A stretch of DNA of 64,000 nucleotides from Chlorokybus atmophyticus. Its lineage: Eukaryota; Plantae; Mesostigma and Chlorokybus algae. This document shows, piece after piece, positions 1 to 12,821 of this stretch. Positions within the stretch are counted from its first letter, which is position 1; every line of letters begins with the position of its first letter. The translations under genes and the position numbers were made by a program. The stretch lies in contig RHPI01002090.1 of assembly GCA_009103225.1 (NCBI GenBank), positions 1,659,932-1,723,931 of the forward strand, given 5' to 3'. The notes under the pieces are model-generated. The model was not told the DNA's origin. It worked only from the letters and a program-made list of their open reading frames with translations, and did no database searches.

Positions 1-474
1 GACGCCTGCTGGCGACACTAAGACAAAGAATGATGAGTGCACAAGCGCATGTATACTGCACACCGCCCGCTCTGCTCTACAAGGTGGCGTATGCAGCGCT
101 GAAGCGTCACCCCAAAGCGCAACAACAAGAGGACGGGGAGCAGGTTGATCGGTGAACACAGCTTGCCCGTGCAAAGGACCCAGCCCCACCAATCCCACCA
201 CCCAACCCAACCCAACCCGACTCTAAGCAGAACATGTACTGCACAAGAGCACATAAGCGGCACAAGCCAAGTGCCTCCAGCACTGCACGCACAGCACTGC
301 GATGGACGGTGCGTGAGGGTTCATGCAGCACCGCACTGCAAGCAACAGGGCAACAAGCAGCAGAAGCGCAGGGAGGTGGGGGAGGAGAGGGCGAGGGAGT
401 TGTCGTCGCTGATGCTCGTGTGCATGTGGACAACTGACAACCACTGTGCAAGCCCGCGAGGCCGGGTACTTCAT
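1..474 (-). CDS. Possible 5' part of a type II membrane protein gene running off the window start
   Basis: ORF 223..474 has a basic stretch followed by a hydrophobic anchor (RRQLPRPLLPHLPALLLLVALLLAVRCC). There is a GT donor near 238 and a G-rich intron-like tract (GGGTT repeats, about 185-220). One downstream frame stays open to base 1. No recognisable domain. Confidence 0.25.
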
Positions 475-993
475 GCATGTACTGACTGCTATGGCTAACC
501 GGGTGTTGGTGGAGTAGGTAGTAAAGTTAGCTAGTGACAGTAGCCCGGTGGTCTACATGAACGGTGTTTGACTGCGTGTGGACACTAAGTATGGTGGCTT
601 CAGAGGCTGCAGAACTCCATGCCAGCTTGCAGACCGTAAGGATACCTGTGACTACACCTACCACCGCTCTTTGCACAATTAGCGCATCTGCTGCATGACA
701 GACAAGGGGTATGCTAATAAGAGACAACACTCCATTGGCACGCCTACCACTGAATCTAGTCACACAACTACCGCGCACAAATCCTGTACAGACATAGAAC
801 CATGTCCGAACACCCAAGCAGTAGTGATGGGTTTTGTTGGTGCACACAATGCATACAAGCTCTTCGACATACTATACACCTACTCACACACAAGTACCAC
901 AGCCCTACATGAGCAACAGTGGATGGCAAACCAGTGCAAATCCTGTACAGAACTGAACCTCAATCTTCATTTGAGGGCGAGTCACCAGGACCA

Positions 994-3900
994 TTATGCG
1001 GGTAGCATGTCTTGGCCGCATTGGTTGACAAGTTGCTGGGAGAGATGGAACAGACTGTCCATCGCATTGCGTGCTAAACTCAGAGCATTGTCCCGTTGCG
1101 TCAGCTCTGAGCGGATCTGCTCAAGTTCTGCACTGGCTTCGTAAAGATTGGCAGTTTGTAGTTCTATGTCCTGCACAAAGTCCTCGATTTCATCGTCAAC
1201 TTGGTCCAGTTCTCTATGTGCATCCTCCACCAGGCACTGACTTAAGCTGGACAATGCCTTCAGTGCTTGCATTGCGCTGCTCATCTCAGTAAGCGCCCCC
1301 TCTGCTGAATTCATCTCAGTTGAGGATACCTCCAGTGCTCTGCCTTGCTGCTGGAGCTGCAGCCTCAACACCTGCAACAGACAACAGCGAATCAGCTAGG
1401 CATTGAGACACTGTGCTTGTTGTACAGCTAGCGCTCAGACATACCTCAAGCTCCTGCTCTTTGGCCTGCAGTGCAGCAAGAATACCAACCAGTTCCTCGT
1501 CCTTGGACACCAGTTGACGCTTGGCATCCAGCAGCTCCTGTTGTGTCGATGCAAGGGACATCCGTGCGTTCTCCAACTCCTCTGGCAGTGCCACAGCAGC
1601 ATCACTGACATGAATTTGCTCAAGTTCCGCAATCTTGTTCTGAAGTTGTCGGTTTGTTGCAGAGAGTTCCATGACATGCTGGTGAAGTGCAACAGTGCTC
1701 GTCTCATGCAACTCCAAGTCCACTTCAAGAGTTGTATCCAGCAACAGCGACTTGGACAATGCCGCAATGGCTTGCACAACAGAGGTGGCCGTGCTGAGCT
1801 GCTTTGCTTGTGTATCCACACTGCTTGAAAGGGTCCCTATCTTCACATCCTTGCATGCAACCAGATCACGAAGCTCGAACAACTCCGCTTCTTTGACTTG
1901 AAGAGTTTTCATAGCCTGCAAGCATATTGGGCCTAAGCAAATGCACCAGCAATTGGCGCAAGCTGCAATCCAACCATTGCTGGCAACTGTGCATAAATAA
2001 ATAAACCAACTACAAGTGTGCGCACCTGCTCTAGCTGCAGTCGAGTATCCGCAAGTGCTTGCTCTGCTGTCACCAGGTCTATGTTCTTCTTTTCCAATTG
2101 CTCCATTGCTGCAGCCAACTCCTGGACGCTTTTCTGCAAATCCAACTGCCGGACAAACACTAGTCAGCATATCGCAGCATTGGCGCAATGTAAGCTGTGA
2201 TCAGTATTATACGCAACGCATGGCAGCAACGAACAGATCACTTCCTGTACCTGAGCTTGCGCAAGCTGTTGCTCCTTTTGATACAACAGATCATTGACTC
2301 GCTGGAGCTCTGCACTTTTGGTTGCGAGCTCGGCCCTCAACGCAGCAATTGTTGCAGTTGCTGCCTGCAGCTTTTCGCGTTCTGCTCGAAGATCATTTTC
2401 TTGCATTTCAATCAGGGCACTCTGTTCAATGATGTATCCATTCTTCTGCAACAGCTCTGCTCGAGCTTCACTCAGCTCAGCATCTCTCTGCTTCAAATCC
2501 TCGACTGCACGAGCAAGTATCTCTTCCTTAGCAGACAAGGAAGCTTGAAGAGACTTCACCTCGGCAGTGCGCTGCTCAGCCACTGATGTTGCCTCATGGA
2601 CATCTCTGCGAAACCCGGATACCACACGCTGCGAAGCCAGCAGCTCCTGCACACCAGTTGCAACCACGTTAACAACAACACACAGCAACCAACTGAATGC
2701 CATGAGGGGGAACACCTGTACCTTTTGTACATCTTGCAGCATCAGCTTGGCAGTGTGCAGCTCTTCACTAGTGTATGCGAGTGCGGAGTCCGACAAGTCA
2801 ATTGTTTCCTCCATAACCTGTTTGGCGAAACGAACTTAAAAGCCACAAGACACATGCAAGCAGGCATTACCCACTGATAACATATAACACAAATAAATAA
2901 GCATCCGAAGGACTGCGAGGACAGGACGCACCTGAATTTCTTTTTCTGCTGTCATCCAGGCAAGCACCTTCTGCTCCAGCTCTGACTCAACCTCAACCAG
3001 TCGCTCCTCCTTCAATGCTATAGCACTCTTCGCATCTACAAGCTCAGCATCCCTCTCATCGAGCCGCAGCTGCAAGTTCTCCATGTCAATGGCGCGCTCC
3101 AGCAGCAAGTTGTTGCGAGACAGTAGCACATTTTCTTTGGCATTGATCTCATCAAAAGCAGCCTGAAGAGCTTTTTCTTTCTCTGCCAGAAGTTCCTGCG
3201 AGGTCATAGGACAGTTAGTACATTGCAAACAACCACTATGCAGCGGCATGCTGCCATCATGCAGCAATTGCAGCAACCTTTGTGGCTTGTAACTCAGCCT
3301 CGCGTTCTGCAAGGGCGGCCTCTGCTGCTGCAGCCTTCTCCGCCTGCAAACGCAACTGTTCCTCCACTTCCCGTACTTCGTGAAACTGCGACTCCAATTC
3401 GGTGCGCATGCGCTCTAAGTCCTGCTCCTTTGTGGACGCTTCAGCAAGTGCAGACGCCAGAAGTCTTTCGCGGTTCTCCAACTCCTCAGTTGCCTCCTCC
3501 AGACGCAGCTGGTCAAACAAGTAACATTAGCGATTGGACAACCATCTTTATCAACAACCCTAAAATGTCCCAAGCTGTGACACCTGGTCATCCGCCAAAG
3601 CTTTCTCAGCGGCTCGGAGCTCATCCTCTTTGGCACGAAGATCGTCAACAGCGGACAGCAGGTTGGCTTCCAGCTCGGTAACAACCACCACTAACTCGTT
3701 CATCTTCTCGTTGCTGCGTGCGTGGCAATAACTGGGCTAATGCATGAATGCCATTAATGACTTGGGATTGCAACCTCAGCCATTGATGTGTTTAGGTGAT
3801 TCCACAACCAACAGCGTTTTCGGCGTCAAAATGGTCATGATTAAAAAGGCACGCCGGCGTCTTGCACGTAATGACACAAGCGCGATGCACTAGAGATGCA

Positions 3901-4257
3901 AATCATGGGCACAAGAAGCCGCAGCAAATGTACCACTCACTTGCGATCCAGTTGGAGGCCACTGGAGTTGCTGGCCTGGCGAAACATTTGCTCCAGTGTG
4001 AGCGGCTCGCCCGTGGCTTGCGCCTGTTCCACTGACTGGGCCTGCAGACGGCGAGCGGCCATTCGCCTCCGATTGCCGTTCCCGCCACCCCGGCATGTCA
4101 CGGTGAGTCCCGCCACGGGCTCCGGCCGCCGGCGTGCACCCTGCGCGCTCCATAGAGCAGCGGCACGGCCCTCGCTCCCTCTCACAGACGCGGAAGACAA
4201 GCCCGCAGCGGCGGCCATGTCACCGACCCGGGCCATGGGACGCAAACACGCCGCCAT
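994..4257 (-). CDS. MRC: Plastid long coiled-coil protein, probable MRC/PII1 (myosin-resembling chloroplast protein) orthologue; multi-exon
   Basis: ATG at 4257 begins an Ala/Arg-rich transit-peptide-like exon (MAACLRPMARVG...). Coiled-coil exons follow in ORFs 3257-3520, 2836-3312, 2164-2814, 1316-2188 and 994-1377, with GT-AG junctions. Ordered segments resemble Arabidopsis At4g32190 as recalled: LEANLLSAVDDLRAKEDELRAAEKAL, LEQKVLAWMTAEKEI, QQELLDAKRQLVSKDEELVGILAALQAKEQEL, MDSLFHLSQQLVNQCG. Stop TAA at 994-996. Confidence 0.72.
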
Positions 4258-5682
4258 GGTGCCCGCCGCCGCCGCCGTTGCCGCCTCGCCAACCCTCAGA
4301 CAGCTTCCACCGTGGCCCACAAGAGCCTCGAAACCCTCATTCGCATCGTGCAGCACGACCGTGGCGGACTTTTCCACCTGTTCCGGACCCTTTTTTGTTC
4401 GATGGACCGAGCGGGAAGTCTAGACCAGTCATTAGGGTTTTCAAGGGTTTGTGAGGGGACAACTCCACAATGGTGGTCATTATGAACTTGGTAATTTGCA
4501 TGATGCCCAGAAGCTGAAGCTTGCCTGTACCTGTACCACCCTGTTATTGGCAGTAGCCTGCGGCCTCTAGCGCATCCTGGCCGTCGGATGAAAGGCTTTC
4601 GCGGACATGAAGCGGTTACATGCACGTCGCGACGCGGCGGCCGCCAGCTGTCGGCCGCGGGCCATGCAATTGAGGCCCTGACTGGCTGCCAAGCTGGATG
4701 ATACGCCGAGGCCCTACGTGTCAGCACGCCTACAGCCTACTCTGCAATGCAATGCACCGACGAGATACCAGTTGCCGGCCTAGAGCAGATCTGACGTTGC
4801 TCGGTATTTGTACCGTGCCAGTCCATGAAAGGCCAGATGTGCTTCATTCAAAACTGACCACCACAACTTGTGTTATACAAGAAGGATGTACCTCATCAGG
4901 ACATTCAGATGAAGCGCATGCCAAATTGGAAATATCAATGGTATCATAATACACCTCATTGGAGTTACGATCAACAGGGCAATGCAATTTTGTTGCAATA
5001 TAGCTTACATTACAATGAAGACCCACAATATGCTTGTCCGTGTTATAATACAATATTTATTATAATGAAAACGTATATTGCAACTACATATAATTTGTCC
5101 TATATAAGTCCATCTTCAGATATTATGTGTACGTAAACAGTTATGATGTGTTCAGGCTTTTACTGTAATGATAAAAAATATACTTGTTGCTATTGCAAGC
5201 CCTGAACTTACGAAATACAATGTAACATTGAACATTGCATGAATTTTCATGTCAATGCAATATACTTGTGAATTGCATTTACTGTGACACTGTAGCCGAT
5301 GGGATGCTATCTATATATATAACACATTTCATATTCTCACGAGTCATCACCATTTTGTGATGTCAAACTGCAATCGACATTGATTCATTTATCAGGCTAC
5401 ATTGCCCTCCATAGCAAATCCCGTCATGCGTTATTACGCTTACAACAACATAACTGCTTCTTGTTAGTTGCAATTTGCTCATTGTCAAAAAAACACAGAC
5501 AAACAAGCCACGGCAACACATCGAATGCGCACCCACACACAAACACACTTAGAACCCATGTTTGCGCAGGGCATATTGTTGCATACCTACCAAGCACCCA
5601 GAAACTACCAGAAAAGCTCTTTGCTCTGACTGCTTACATGGGCTTGCCACCTGACTGTAACCACTTGCAGTACTTACGACGC

Positions 5683-8600
5683 TCAAACTACTGCGTGTTG
5701 TGATAGCACTTGTCTTGCCAGCTCCACCGCACCGCTAGCCTTGTATATCAGTGCAAGGTTGTGTGCAGCTTCACGCCTTAAGTCGTAAGATTGCCTCCGC
5801 TCTATGACACCTTCAGCAACTTCGGATCGCGCTGCCATATGATCCTTGCAGATGTCCTGCGTGAGCGCGCGTTGATAGTACGGGACAGCCATATGCGCCA
5901 GTCCCAACTGATGATAGGCCCTGGCGAGATTGTAGCACGCCTCTTGGTTGCCATTACGCAATGTGTAGTAGTGATGAAACGCGGCAAAGGCTAGCAATAC
6001 AGTCTTGTTGCGGTCTTTGACCCGGCGACTCATCGCAAGGTGGAGGTAGGCGACGCCCATGCTAAGGAAAACCATGGGCTCACCTGGGGCAAGCCGCGCG
6101 ACATGCAGGAGCTCCGCCAGGGACAGCTGGAAGTACTCCGACAGGCTATACTGCTGTCCGAGCAGCAGTTGCGCAGGCACCAGGTCGGTTTGTCGCGAGA
6201 TCAGGCGCACGAGAAACTTCTGCGTGTTTGCTGCGCGCTCCTGGCAGAACTTGCCGAGGTGGTTGAGAAGGTTCCAGACGGGCACAGAGTCCGGGTTTGC
6301 CAGCGCAACCTCGCGTAAAACACTTGATGCCTGAGCGTGCTCGCCACCAGCATAGCTCACTGCCATGAGGAGGAACCTTAGCCTTGCGCGCAGCTCCTTG
6401 TCCATGTGCTTGTGGAATGAGGCCTGAATCAGCTCGATTGCATCGAGGGCTTGGCCATGTAGAGCAAGCACTCGGCAGAACTGCAGAACATAATCCAGTC
6501 AATGTCGGCATACCATGCGGACAGGCACAAAATCCTAAGCTAATAGCGACACAGGACAGGTTTACTACCACTAACGCTGTTGGTCACATACCTTGAGCAG
6601 CAAGTCCACATACTCGTCCCTCTCCAAAAGTCGCTGTAGATGCAGCTTCAACATCTCCGTAACACTGCACGGAAGGCATGCATTGCAATTATGACAGATT
6701 GACAACATCAGCTTGATGCATGTCATGCTCATCACTCGGTGCACGGATAGCCCTTACCTGTCATACTCGCTCATGGCATCTGTTGCTTGCTCTGCCGCAT
6801 GTGATTCTGAAGATTGTTTCATCTTTGCTGGCCGTCGTCGGCGCCTTTTCTTGCGGCGCTTGTATCCCTGAAACAGCCCGTCCGCTATCTCTTCATCATC
6901 AGATGACTCTGCAACTGCAGCAAGAGGTGAGTCAGTTGCAGCAGGCAACGCACTGGTCTGTAAGCAAGTCAAGCACACAAACTTCCTCTGTGCTTGACTT
7001 GCAAATGGACTTGGTACCATGCAGGTACGCAAACATATGTTGGACAAACAAAACTCAACATGCCGCTGTGGTACCTATTCGTCGCTGTCTCTTTCTAGTG
7101 CCAAAGACAAGGCCTCCATCGCCCTGCAGAAAAGCACGGCCAGCTTGCAAGAACTCCTCCCACCGGCCAGCCGCATACAGCAGCTGAGCGCGGTGCACCT
7201 GCAGTGCACACATGGACATTGAGAATGAGCGCTTTCCCCCCAACATTGCATCACATTGCATCACAATACAATGTGATGCAATGTTGGNNNNNNNNNNNNN
7301 NNNNNNNNNNNNNNNNNNNNNNNNNNNNNNNNNNNNNNNNNNNNNNNNNNNNNNNNNNNNNNNNNNNNNNNNNNNNNNNNNNNNNNNNNNNNNNNNNNNN
7401 NNNNNNNNNNNNNNNNNNNNNNNNNNNNNNNNNNNNNNNNNNNNNNNNNNNNNNNNNNNNNNNNNNNNNNNNNNNNNNNNNNNNNNNNNNNNNNNNNNNN
7501 NNNNNNNNNNNNNNNNNNNNNNNNNNNNNNNNNNNGGGGGGGGGGGGGGGGGGGGGGGGGAAGCGCCCCAACAGAATCACATGCCTGAAAGCGCTGCGCG
7601 AGTTCTAAGGGTGGCGTCTCGTTGGTTGCTGTGCTGGCAACTTGTGGGGGCGGTTTTGAAGCAGGTGCAAATGGCAATGCTGGTTGTTGCTCTGCATGTG
7701 TTGCTGTCGTGGCGTGAAGGTTTGCGGGCATCAACGCCAAAGCTTCGTCCACGCGATCCTGCTGGTGAAGGATGTTCGCCAACTCTAGCACAGCCTCTAC
7801 GTGCTGCGGTTGTTCTCTCACCACTGCAAGGGGTCAACTACAGTGTTGGCACCAGCAGCGAGCGCTTGTCAAGCACAGCAGCAGATTGATGCTAACCTGC
7901 AAACAGCAGCTGCTCAGCATCTTGCGCATTGCCGGCCGAGCAATGGCACTGTGATAGCTTGAACCATAAGCTGGGCTGGTCGAAATCGGGGTTTGCTCGG
8001 AGAGCACTGCGTTACCATGCACCTGTTAGCAACCAATGATACAGCCTGGCTTAGCACATGAACGGGAAAGTCAATTTGCAACGGTGAACGCAAAGAACAG
8101 CCTGTCAGTTGACTCCAACACTTCTTCGCTATCACAACATACTTGTAGTAGTGCAGCGCTTGCTGGGTCTCTCCAGCTGCTGCAAAGGCGTCTCCAGTGT
8201 CCAGGTACAAGTCCCCGTAGTCCATGACGGATGCATTGTTCAGAGTAACAAGCACCTCCTGCAAAGCAGGGAATCAGGTTCTCCTGACTCCAGTGCTCTC
8301 TAGGCATGGCATGCAGGAAGCTTCTGCGGGTAGTCACCTCTGTTTCATGTAACTCGCCCTCATACACAAGGCAGACCCCCAATTTGACTGCCAGGTCTAT
8401 GGGTAGATCTGATAGCTCAGCATCAGTCTGTGCTCGCAAGGCTTGCCGCACGCGCTGAAGGATGGCCAGCGCAGATGCAAAGTTTCCGCTGTCCATGTAC
8501 AGCTCCGCAAGCATGTTCACCGGCGTCAAGTCACCCTGACCGGGTCAGCACTATCGGCCAAGTGTTCAAGCAATGGCACCTGCATGGTACCCTGCAACAG

Positions 8601-10790
8601 CACTTACCACCAAAACACCGTCTTTCATCAGCTCTTCAAGCACATTGATTGCCTTGTCAACTTGACCCAGTTGGTGATATGCCTGTTGACCGAGGTCGGA
8701 TGTTAGGTTGTTGCTGAGTCAGTTCTATTGTTGGACATTGCCATCACAACAGGTCTGTACCCGTGCAAGCATCTCGACAACATCCGGATCCCCAGGCCGT
8801 ATGTGCAAAGTCCTCTGCAACACTTCAGCGGCCTTTGCATGGTCGCCAATCTGCATGCAGAGTACCGCGCAATCCCAGCGGCTCTCCACGTCCGTGGCAT
8901 CATGCCTTGCTGCCTGTTACACCAGAACTATGTTATACGTTGCTGAAGCTCACTGCAACCACGAACACATAATGCATAACGGATGCATAAACAAGGGCTC
9001 AACCTTGGTCAAGCAGTATATGGCCTGCCGAGGGTTATCCTGTTCACTGCATAGACCACATCATTTGTGACCAAAACTCCAACACGCCAATGCAGCACTG
9101 TTGCATACTGACGCTTGCCTAGACAGTGCAGCCAGTCTCCGCCACAGTGCAACGTCCTTGGGTGTCAGGTGTGCAGCCAGCATGTAGCAATCCAGCGCTT
9201 TTTGCGGATCGCCCATCGCTTCATGGCACAGTCCCATGGTGTGGTATGTATCCGGCACATACGCTGCAGTGCGTACAACTTCTCGCAACAGCTCCACTGC
9301 CTGCACAGATTACGAGCCTTTCGCAATCTGTGCAGGCAGTGGAGCTGCTGCTGCGAACGCATGACAAGACATAGTCTGACAACACGTAGTCTGTACTTGA
9401 CGAATGGTCATGTTTGAGGACTCATTGCTACTGAAACTCATCTGCATATGGCACCCGTGTCTACCACGTGCATACAACTGTGTGAGGGATGTCGGAGGAC
9501 AACACTGACCAATGTCTTTTCTGCTAACCAACAGACAGCATGCCAGGTGAGTGTGCTTGGGCACTTGGCCTGTGAACGCCGCAATACCTCAGTAAAGCGA
9601 TTTGTTGCGTACATGAGATTGGCCTCCCCAAGACGCTTTGTGACGGCTGCCGGCAGCTGCCCTTTCACTCTTCCCTTCTTTTTCGGCTCTCTCCTCTGTC
9701 CCAAGAAGTTTTGCTATGTTGATACTTGCATAGCACGCATGACTTTCACAGTATAGGACGAAACAGCAGCTGCCGCAGCATCGCGAGCACAATGTAGCAC
9801 ATGGTCGGACCATGTGCTGCTGTTTGACCAGTTCACGGAGGGTAAACAATTGCTGGGAAGCCAATGCAAGACACACTGTGCAATACCCTCCGTTTTCGGC
9901 CCAAGTTGAGCTCAGACTCCAGCTGCTTGCTGCCCCAGATGTCATCCACGCTGGCGCCGAACAGTGCCTTGCGCTCGCCCTGGCCATCTGCGGCTGCAGC
10001 TTGCAACCTTGCCCAAGGAAAAGAAGCTGTCATAGACAGTAACTAACCAACCTGGAGGCAAATGGCGGCAGTCGCTTGTGGCTTACTTGGCTTTGGCAGC
10101 CTCACGCTTACGCGCAGCAAGCTCCTCATAACGCTCATACTGACCGCCACTGCCAGTTGCTGCATTGTCCATCCCAATGAGGCTGTCAGGGTTGAAACCA
10201 TCATCAAACTCCACGAACTCGTCCTCCTCCTCGTCCTCCTCCGCCTCCTCCTCTTCCGCCTCTGCCTCCTCGTCTTCCTCAGCGCCCAGTTCAGCGTACT
10301 CATCATTATCCATCGCTTGACCAACAGCTGCGTCGTCTGATGGCGCTGTGAACTCAAATGCTGCCTGTGGCAACTGCAGTAAGGCTGCCATGCAACATAC
10401 CACAAATACTGCACTGTTGCAGACTGTTGAAACTGTTAGAATAATAGACCAGTTTGAAGTCACAGTGTCTGTCCCAAACCAAACAACAAGGCAAGGCATG
10501 CGTACGAAGGCCTGGCGTGCAGTTGTATCAACGACGATGAGATGAGTACCACAATTGCCTTCATGAAGGACTTCATTCCATTATAACGCATGCTGCCCAT
10601 GTGTTGTAATGAAATAAGTAAAGGCCTTCATGAAGGCTTCCAACAACCGCAGCTGTCTATCAACAAGTGACAAGCTGAGGGATGGAAAGCACAGTAAACT
10701 TGCCTGCTGGTTGTCGTCATCCTCTTCGTCCTCATAGTGATCGTAGTCATCGCCGCTGTGAGCATACGGCGGCTCGGACGTGGACGCCAT
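5683..10790 (-). CDS. GTF3C3: General transcription factor IIIC TPR subunit (TFIIIC102/Tfc4); about 15 exons
   Basis: Acidic N-terminus from ATG 10790. TPR exons include LGEANLMYATNRFTE/AVELLREVVR and YHTMGLCHEAMGDPQKALDCYMLAAHL. Diagnostic C-terminus QEACYNLARAYHQLGLAHMAVPYYQRAL...DLRREAAHNLALIYKASG in ORF 5683-6471. Confidence 0.92.
7288..7535. other. Assembly gap (248 N) followed by a G25 run, inside a GTF3C3 intron
   Basis: Directly visible: N at 7288-7535 and G at 7536-7560. Confidence 0.99.
9289..9347. repeat. Perfect 23-bp inverted repeat (13-nt loop) overlapping a GTF3C3 3' splice site
   Basis: cagctccactgcctgcacagatt (9289-9311) is the exact reverse complement of aatctgtgcaggcagtggagctg (9325-9347). 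The acceptor AG is at 9302-9301. Confidence 0.95.
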
Positions 10791-11140
10791 GCCGCCGGCT
10801 GCTAAATAACGTGAGAAGCAGATGTCAGCTGCATGCTTGCTAGGCCAACATCTATCTCGCCTGCCATTGTCGCCAGTCAAGCTAAACCACCTGATCGACC
10901 ACCATGATGTAACCACCTGCACCACCCCCGCCCCTTGCACCACAAGCCAACAGCTGTGCCGCTAGTTGTATCCACTGGCAGCACAAGTGGTTGTGGTTGG
11001 CGTGGGCGTGGGCCTGGGCGTGGCTGTGGGCGAGGGCGTGGAGAGCGGCGGCGAGGTGTCGTCAGCGACAGCGGGCTCTTGCAAGCTGGATGCTGCTGAC
11101 TTGTGTCTAGGAAGGGTGGTCCTCCCCTCCAATTCAAACC

Positions 11141-12821
11141 ATGGCGATGGTGATTATCGCCCCCGCGTAAGTGCTTTTGCAGCAAGCTGTATGCTCTGCA
11201 GTGAGGCTGTGGTCGAATCGCGGTGAACACTATTGCTCGAAGCAAACGATGACACTTGAGCTGTCTATCCACATACACGTTTATGAACTGAAGGTTGTAT
11301 AGCCTTAGCTAGCAGCAATGCACATGTCGCAGCTTAAGCCATGCAACACCCACGCTATGAGATACGTTTTGCAACTCAGGTGCATGCCCATTCAGACTCG
11401 TTGAATAGCCTCTCTAACACGGATGCTATAGTTCCCAGCGAGTTGTGTGCGTTTCAAAGCTTCATGTTGATAGCGTTGTGCACTTGCAGGGATGCCGACA
11501 AGTGGGCAGATGGCATCCGCGGAGTGGACTCCACCATAGACGTCAGGGTGTATCCGGACCTTGGCAACCCCGACGACATCATCTTCGCGGCGGTGTGGAA
11601 GCCTCCGCATGGAGCCTTAGCGAAATGCAAAAACCTCAAAGCCATATCTGCACTTGGTGCAGGTTTGGCTGCTTCCGTTGGAACACTCAGTGGTGTCACA
11701 TGCAGTGTTTAGTCAAGTCAAAAGGCAGGAGTCAGGCGATTGCACAGCTACTCAAGCTGTGGTGTTACCACTCACGGTGCATTCTGTTTCAGACTGCTCA
11801 AGCATTGACCGCTGCATTGTTCTACAGGTGTGGACTCCATTCTGAGTGACCCTCAAGTACCCAAAAACATTCCCATCGTCCGCATCGTAAGTGACAAGCT
11901 GCATGCACACAACTTTGACACATCAGTCTACTAGCAGTACATCTGGAATGGAACGGTGACATCGTCAAAACAATGCTGGCATCTCGGTGCATTGCTGGTT
12001 TCATGCATGTGCTACCGTGCACACGCATGTTGTTGGTTGGCGTCTTACCTCCACAACACCAGGTGGAAGAGTTTCTGGCCGAACGCATGGCGACTTATGT
12101 TACGTGCGCTGTCCTAAACCTGCAGGTTGATAATGCCCATGATACGGCACTTGCTTGGCTAGCATTCGCATCCAGTGCTGACTGAACTCTATGTACTTGA
12201 CAGCGACGTACAGAGGAGTACATGCAGCTGCAACAGAATAGAGAGTGGAAGCCAACACTCCAAATGAAAGATGTGCACGAAGTGAGGGTCGGCATAATGG
12301 GGTTCGGTGCGATGGGGCAAGCGGTAGCTACCATGCTCAAAGGCATTGGTTACCCAGTCTCTGCATGGACAAGAAGCCCTCCTCAAGACCAAATGAACGG
12401 CGTCAACTACTTCTCTGGCAAGGAAGACGGCTTGGACCAGTTCTTGTCCAACCTGAATGTTGTTGTATGTTTGGTCCCGTTAACAGCCGAAACACGCCAC
12501 ATCATTAACAAGGACTTTCTGGCCAAGCTACCAAAGGGAGCATCGGTGATAAACGTTGCTCGAGGGGGCTGTCTGAATGCTGATGACCTTGTGGAGGCCT
12601 TGGACAGTGGGCACATTGAACGCGCCACGCTTGATGTGTTTGAGCCGGAACCTTTGCCCAAAGACTCCCCGTTGTGGGCACACCCCAAGATCAGAATCAC
12701 TCCCCATAACTCAGCATCAACCAACATAAGAACATCTGCTCCACAGCTGGTGGAGAACAGGCGACGCGCTGCGGCTGGTGAGGAGCTGCTCAACCTGGTG
12801 GATATCAGCAGAGGCTACTAG
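11141..12821 (+). CDS. ghrA: D-isomer-specific 2-hydroxyacid dehydrogenase, glyoxylate/hydroxypyruvate reductase A (GhrA/YcdW) type
   Basis: Exon 1 (11141-11166, MAMVIIAP) splices in phase to 11490 (DADKWADGIRG...VWKPP...ISALGAG|VDSIL). Motifs: Rossmann GIMGFGAMG, INVARG, LDVFEPEPLP, ITPHNS. The C-terminus is VDISRGY*, typical of GhrA. Confidence 0.9.

Noticed and set aside
4698-5136. Short ORFs between the MRC-like gene and GTF3C3
   Set aside because: AT-rich, no splice logic or motifs; probably decayed repeat.
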